This document shows positions 59,701-64,000 of a stretch of DNA of 64,000 bases, piece by piece. The translations under genes were made by a program, and so were the position numbers. This DNA is from Vitrella brassicaformis CCMP3155. Its lineage: Eukaryota; Protista; Chromerida. The stretch lies in assembly GCA_001179505.1 (NCBI GenBank), contig CDMY01000091.1:62001-126000 (forward strand). Reading direction: 5' to 3'. The notes beneath the pieces are model-generated. The model was not told the DNA's origin and searched no databases. It saw nothing but the letters and a program-made list of their open reading frames with translations. Within the stretch, counting starts at the first letter, position 1; each line of letters begins with the position of its first letter.

Positions 59701-61974
59701 TGGGCCGTCCGCTTTCCTGGCACTTGACCTCGAGCACCCGCATCACCTCCCTCGTGAGTGCGGCTGAGGCGAGTGTGATGGCTGCCGTGTACCAGCTGCA
59801 GCTGTGCGATGAGGGCGGACACACCTCTGTCAACAGCTGACATGACACAGACATCAAACAACACATACAAAGGGACTCTCCCCCCCCCTTCTCTCTCTCT
59901 CTGTGTGTGTGTACCCATGCGGCCGAAACGACAGGCCCGTTCGCTGGAGGACGTCTGACGATGGCCCTGAGTGCTGTGTCCATCTCGCCCTGCAGCAGGT
60001 TGACCCCCAGACCACTGAAGGGCACCGTCACGACCAGCGTGTTGCAGTGAAGCAGATCGTCTGCACCGCCGACACACACACGACACCAGCTGGTGTGTAT
60101 GTGTATGTTGGTGTGTGGGTGTGGGTGTGGGTGTGGCTGTGGGTGCATGCCTACGTGGCAGTGATTGTGCGGCAGTGTATTTCGGGTCGACGTCGATGAC
60201 CAGCGGCTGGCACGGGGGAGAGGGGCCGCTTCGGTTGCCGTCAGAAAACACCACCTGCACTCGGAACTGCATCCAGCCCCAGTGGATGGGCACCGACACA
60301 CTGGCCTTCGGTGCGGGGCTGTGGGTGTCCGCCGCCCACTCATCGCTCGGACCACACGCACTACACACAGCACAACACAACACAACACAACACACGACCA
60401 TTGATCCAGTGCACTGTCTGTCTGTCTGTCTGTCGTACTCATTGCTGGTGCAGCACGTGATTCGGTGGCCGTAGACGTGTCTGGCCATCCTCGGGGGGAT
60501 GGACCAGTGCACGGCGATGGACCGCTGCCCGTCCTTGACGCCACGGGGGCTCGCTTGCACATTGAAGGGGGTGTCGCAGTCACCACCTGCACCCACCGTC
60601 AGGCAGACACGAGTCGTGCAAAGGCTCGGCTCCGCGGTCTTTGCTATGTCTGTTTGTTCGGTGCATACCTCCTGCTGCTGCTGCTCGTGTGTGTGTGTCG
60701 TCGAGTGAGTCGTCGAGCGCTTTGACGGCTCGCGTGACGACGCCGATGGGCGAGTCCGACATGAACACCCTGCCTCTCTGTAATTGCAGAAAGACATGCC
60801 GGCAGGCAGGCAGGCAGGCAGGCAGACATACGCATATACCTGTTTGTGGTGCTCTTTGGCCATGAAGTCCGGGATTATCTCAGGCCGCAGCGTCTCGGGC
60901 AGACGCACCGGCACGCCCGTCTTGGGAAAGTCCACCTGAGAATGAATGGAGTGTCGTGTGTGGTCTGTGTGGTCTCATATCTGCCTGCCACTGACCGCTT
61001 GGCTGTGCAGCTCAGCCAGCCTCATGCAGTGGGGGTGCAGGGCCTACAGAGGCACACACACACACACACACATGATACCGAATACTGAAGGCTTGTGTGT
61101 GGCTGTGTGTGTGGGTGACCTTTCTGTGTGCGTAGATCTCCGTCTGGTGCGGCATCGCCAGACACGCGCGGGCAAACACTGAGTAAGTTGCAAAGAGGAT
61201 ACACACAGATGCGACAGCCCCACACAGTCCCATCTGCTCACCGCCGAGATTGTAGTGGAGGAAGTGCCGCACAATGTAGCTCTGCAGACACATTGACACA
61301 CACACAGCACACACAGAGAGAGAGAGGAGAGGAAGCCCCGCCCTCCCCAGCCACGCACCCACCTTCTGTGCGCGTCTTCTGCCGTCCCTCGTGTCCATAT
61401 TCCCTTCAAAAGGCACCGCTGCCGGCTGCCCAACGCTCCGATCAGGCACGTAGCACTCGGCTGCTGGCGGGTTGGGCGTCGTCGGGATCAGCCGGCCGTC
61501 CCACAGTATGTGGAACTGGTCGCCGTCTAAGTCACCACCTGCACATCCACCTGTGTGTGTTGTGCTGTGTAGGGGGCTGCCTGTGGGGCGTACCAGAGAG
61601 TTGGTTCGGTATTGGTCGGTCGCCACGGACAGGGAAGACGATGACATTGACGAATGGCCTCAATTGTGGGTGGTCGACGGCAGTGAGCACCCGGAGGTCG
61701 CCCGCATGCAGACAGGGGTTGCGCGCAACCACCACTGGGCCTGTGTGTGTGTTTGCGACATACACATACACATCATTATCATTACCAGGGGTGGGTGGGG
61801 GGTGGCTGGACGTGTTGTTGGGAATGATACCTGTGATGACTTGCCGCCTCGTGTCGTCAGGTCTTTGGATCTGGATGAACACCTGGTCGGCTTCGAGCAC
61901 ACCGACCTCGTCAGACACGCCGAAGAGATACGCGCCTTCCTGCACACACACAACACACACACACACACACACAA

Positions 61975-62014
<40 letters not shown>

Positions 62015-64000
62015 AACCGCCGCTCTCTCTCTCTCTCTGTGTGTGTTTGTGTGTGTGTATGTGTACGTGGATGTAGAGGTGTGTCTTGATGCGGACGTCC
62101 TTGTGCATGTAGCGCAAAGCAGCGCGGATGCATGACCGCAGAAAGGGGTCATCCGACGGGCAGAAACCCATCTGCAGGGCCTACACATCACACACACACA
62201 TACGACGACCATGCATCACCACATGCCTCTCTCTCTCTCTCTGTGTGTTTGTATGTGTGTGTGTGAGGGTACCTGAACAATGGTCTTGCGAAAGGAGTGC
62301 TGTGTGCCGATCCTCTGGATGAGCCGCAGCGCCGCCCCCTTGTGTCTGAGGGCGTTCAGCCCGTCGCGCAGGTTGTCCTTCAGAATGGCGACAAACATCT
62401 ACACACCACACACACACACACACACATAACCACACGAACGCTACTAAAGGTGGGTCGCTGTGTGCCTGGTGCGGTATGCCGCGAGTGTCGAGCATCATGA
62501 TGATCTCGCGGTTGAGGTTCTCGGGCAGGAAGCGGCTGACACACCCACACACACGCACACACACCCACACACACAGAGAGAGAGAGAGAGAGATACACGC
62601 GCGTGTNNNNNNNNNNNNNNNNNNNNNNNNNNNNNNNNNNNNNNNNNNNNNNNNNNNNNNNNNNNNNNNNNNNNNNNNNNNNNNNNNNNNNNNNNNNNNN
62701 NNNNNNNNNNNNNNNNNNNNNNNNNNNNNNNNNNNNNNNNNNNNNNNNNNNNNNNNNNNNNNNNNNNNNNNNNNNNNNNNNNNNNNNNNNNNNNNNNNNN
62801 NNNNNNNNNNNNNNNNNNNNNNNNNNNNNNNNNNNNNNNNNNNNNNNNNNNNNNNNNNNNNNNNNNNNNNNNNNNNNNNNNNNNNNNNNNNNNNNNNNNN
62901 NNNNNNCCCCCCCCCCCCCCCCAACACACACACTCACAAGTCCATCTGCCGTGCAGTGCAGCGGATTCTGCGCACCTGAATTGCGCACGGTTTGTCGGCC
63001 AGGTGTTCGGCCTCCCATATCTCACTCATCAGCGACGGGTGTATCACGCCACAGCCATCTGCAGACACACACACAGAGACGACTGCTCTCCCTCTCTCTC
63101 TGTCTGTGTGTGTGTGTGTGTGTGTTTGTGTGTGTGTCGAGAGACTGACCAGTAAACTCGTAAGTGCCTTTCTGTGGGAAATCGGGGTCGATCGGTCGTG
63201 TGACGTCGGCTTCAACGAGCACCTGACAGACAGACACCACATGTGTGTGTGTATCTGAGGGTCTGTGTGTGTCTGTGTGAGGGTGTGCTTGCCTGTTCCA
63301 TCGGGACATGGATGCCGCTGCGTGTCGACGAGAAGGGCAGGCCCTGCGCCTTGACGTACTTCCCTGCACATACACACACACACCTCACACAGATCGCACA
63401 GACACACACACACACGCACGCACCGGGCGTGTCAATGCCGCTGAAGTCGCCCAGGAACCTCTCGACATCTTCCAATGACAACCGGCCTGCATGGCAGGCA
63501 GACAGACAGACACACAGCCGCCTGTGTGTGGAGGGGTGGGTGTGAGTGGATGTGGCTTACTGCTGCTGGCGAAGAACCAGGAGGCATTGGTCCGCAGCTG
63601 TGAGGAGCTGCAGCCGAGGAACCTGTAAGTGTGCTGCAGGCCGGGGACGCGGATACCTGCACAGACACACACGTTTTCTCTCTCTCCCTCTCTTTCTCTG
63701 TGCGCGTGTGTGTGTGTGTCCGTGTCTGTACCGGCCTCCAGCACGTGTCTGAGCCTCTTCTGCGCGAAGATCATCCACTGCGGGTCGTCGCCATAGATCG
63801 AGCCGAGATCCTCATCTGCACCATCCACACACACACACACACACGAGCATATCTGTCTGCCACATGTAGATCTCTGTGTGTGTGTTTGTGTGCGCAGGTA
63901 CCGACGAAGCTGACGCGCATGAACTGGTCTGTGTGTGTGCAGAAGTGCCTGAGCACCCTGTTGCTCTGCTCGATGTACTCGCCGCCCACTACCACCTTCA
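56780..64000 (-). CDS. Cellular (QDE-1/RDR-type) RNA-dependent RNA polymerase with long C-terminal extension; 5' part outside window
   Basis: SNRVLRHF..FMRVSF, FLGCSSSQLR, FLGDFSGI..GKYVKAQGLPFSST, DGCGVI, LNREIIMML, LFGVSDEVGVL..QVF, VVVARNPCLHAGDLR, NVIVFPVRGDRPIPNQLSGGDLDGDQF (catalytic DLDGD ~61519-61533), LAELHSQAVDFPKTG, PDFM. Downstream exons stay in phase to the stop at 56780. Confidence 0.95.
62607..62906. other. Assembly gap (300 N) inside the RdRP gene
   Basis: Run of N; probably hides one or more RdRP exons between PCAIQ and SRFLPENLNRE. Confidence 1.

Larger units (their letters stand above)
1..64000. repeat. Dispersed intronic microsatellites (TG/CA, CT/GA, GGAT/ATCC, TCTG/CAGA, GCCT, GTGCT)
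   Basis: Directly visible throughout, e.g. 15061-15082, 20265-20302, 43905-43950, 61940-62013. Confidence 0.95.

Noticed and set aside
1-64000. rRNA, tRNA, CRISPR arrays, transposase/RT/integrase genes
   Set aside because: None recognisable by eye. Small structured RNAs cannot be excluded without tRNAscan-SE or Infernal.

Overview
Eukaryotic nuclear DNA: GC-rich, gene-dense, with many short introns full of (CA/GT)n, (GA/CT)n, (CCAT)n and (CAGA)n microsatellites. The style and the intronless ankyrin-family gene suggest the chromerid Vitrella brassicaformis or a close relative (inference). Gene models were assembled by hand from the ORF track plus GT/GC-AG splice phases, so exon boundaries are approximate. 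No rRNA, tRNA, CRISPR array or recognisable transposase was seen. Positions 1-7.2 kb are a cluster of decaying paralogues. Most of them end in a shared Cys-cluster exon and 3' module, with a further copy at 47-48.6 kb; one carries a Josephin-like domain. Then come two tandem secreted methyltransferase-fold/NLS paralogues, an intronless ankyrin gene, a divergent family-X DNA polymerase, a syntaxin, a secreted OGFr-domain protein, FCF1, DNAAF11/LRRC6 and a GST-fold protein. Further on are an ANK-SAM tail-anchored protein, a large LRR/Cys-repeat/multi-TM (CRMP-like) receptor, a TSP1-LNR adhesin, an OHA+LOTUS protein and EAPP. The window ends in a cellular RNA-dependent RNA polymerase whose C-terminus runs in phase into FN3-like, RRM-like and UIM-like modules; this is the most unusual object here. 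There are two 300-nt assembly gaps.
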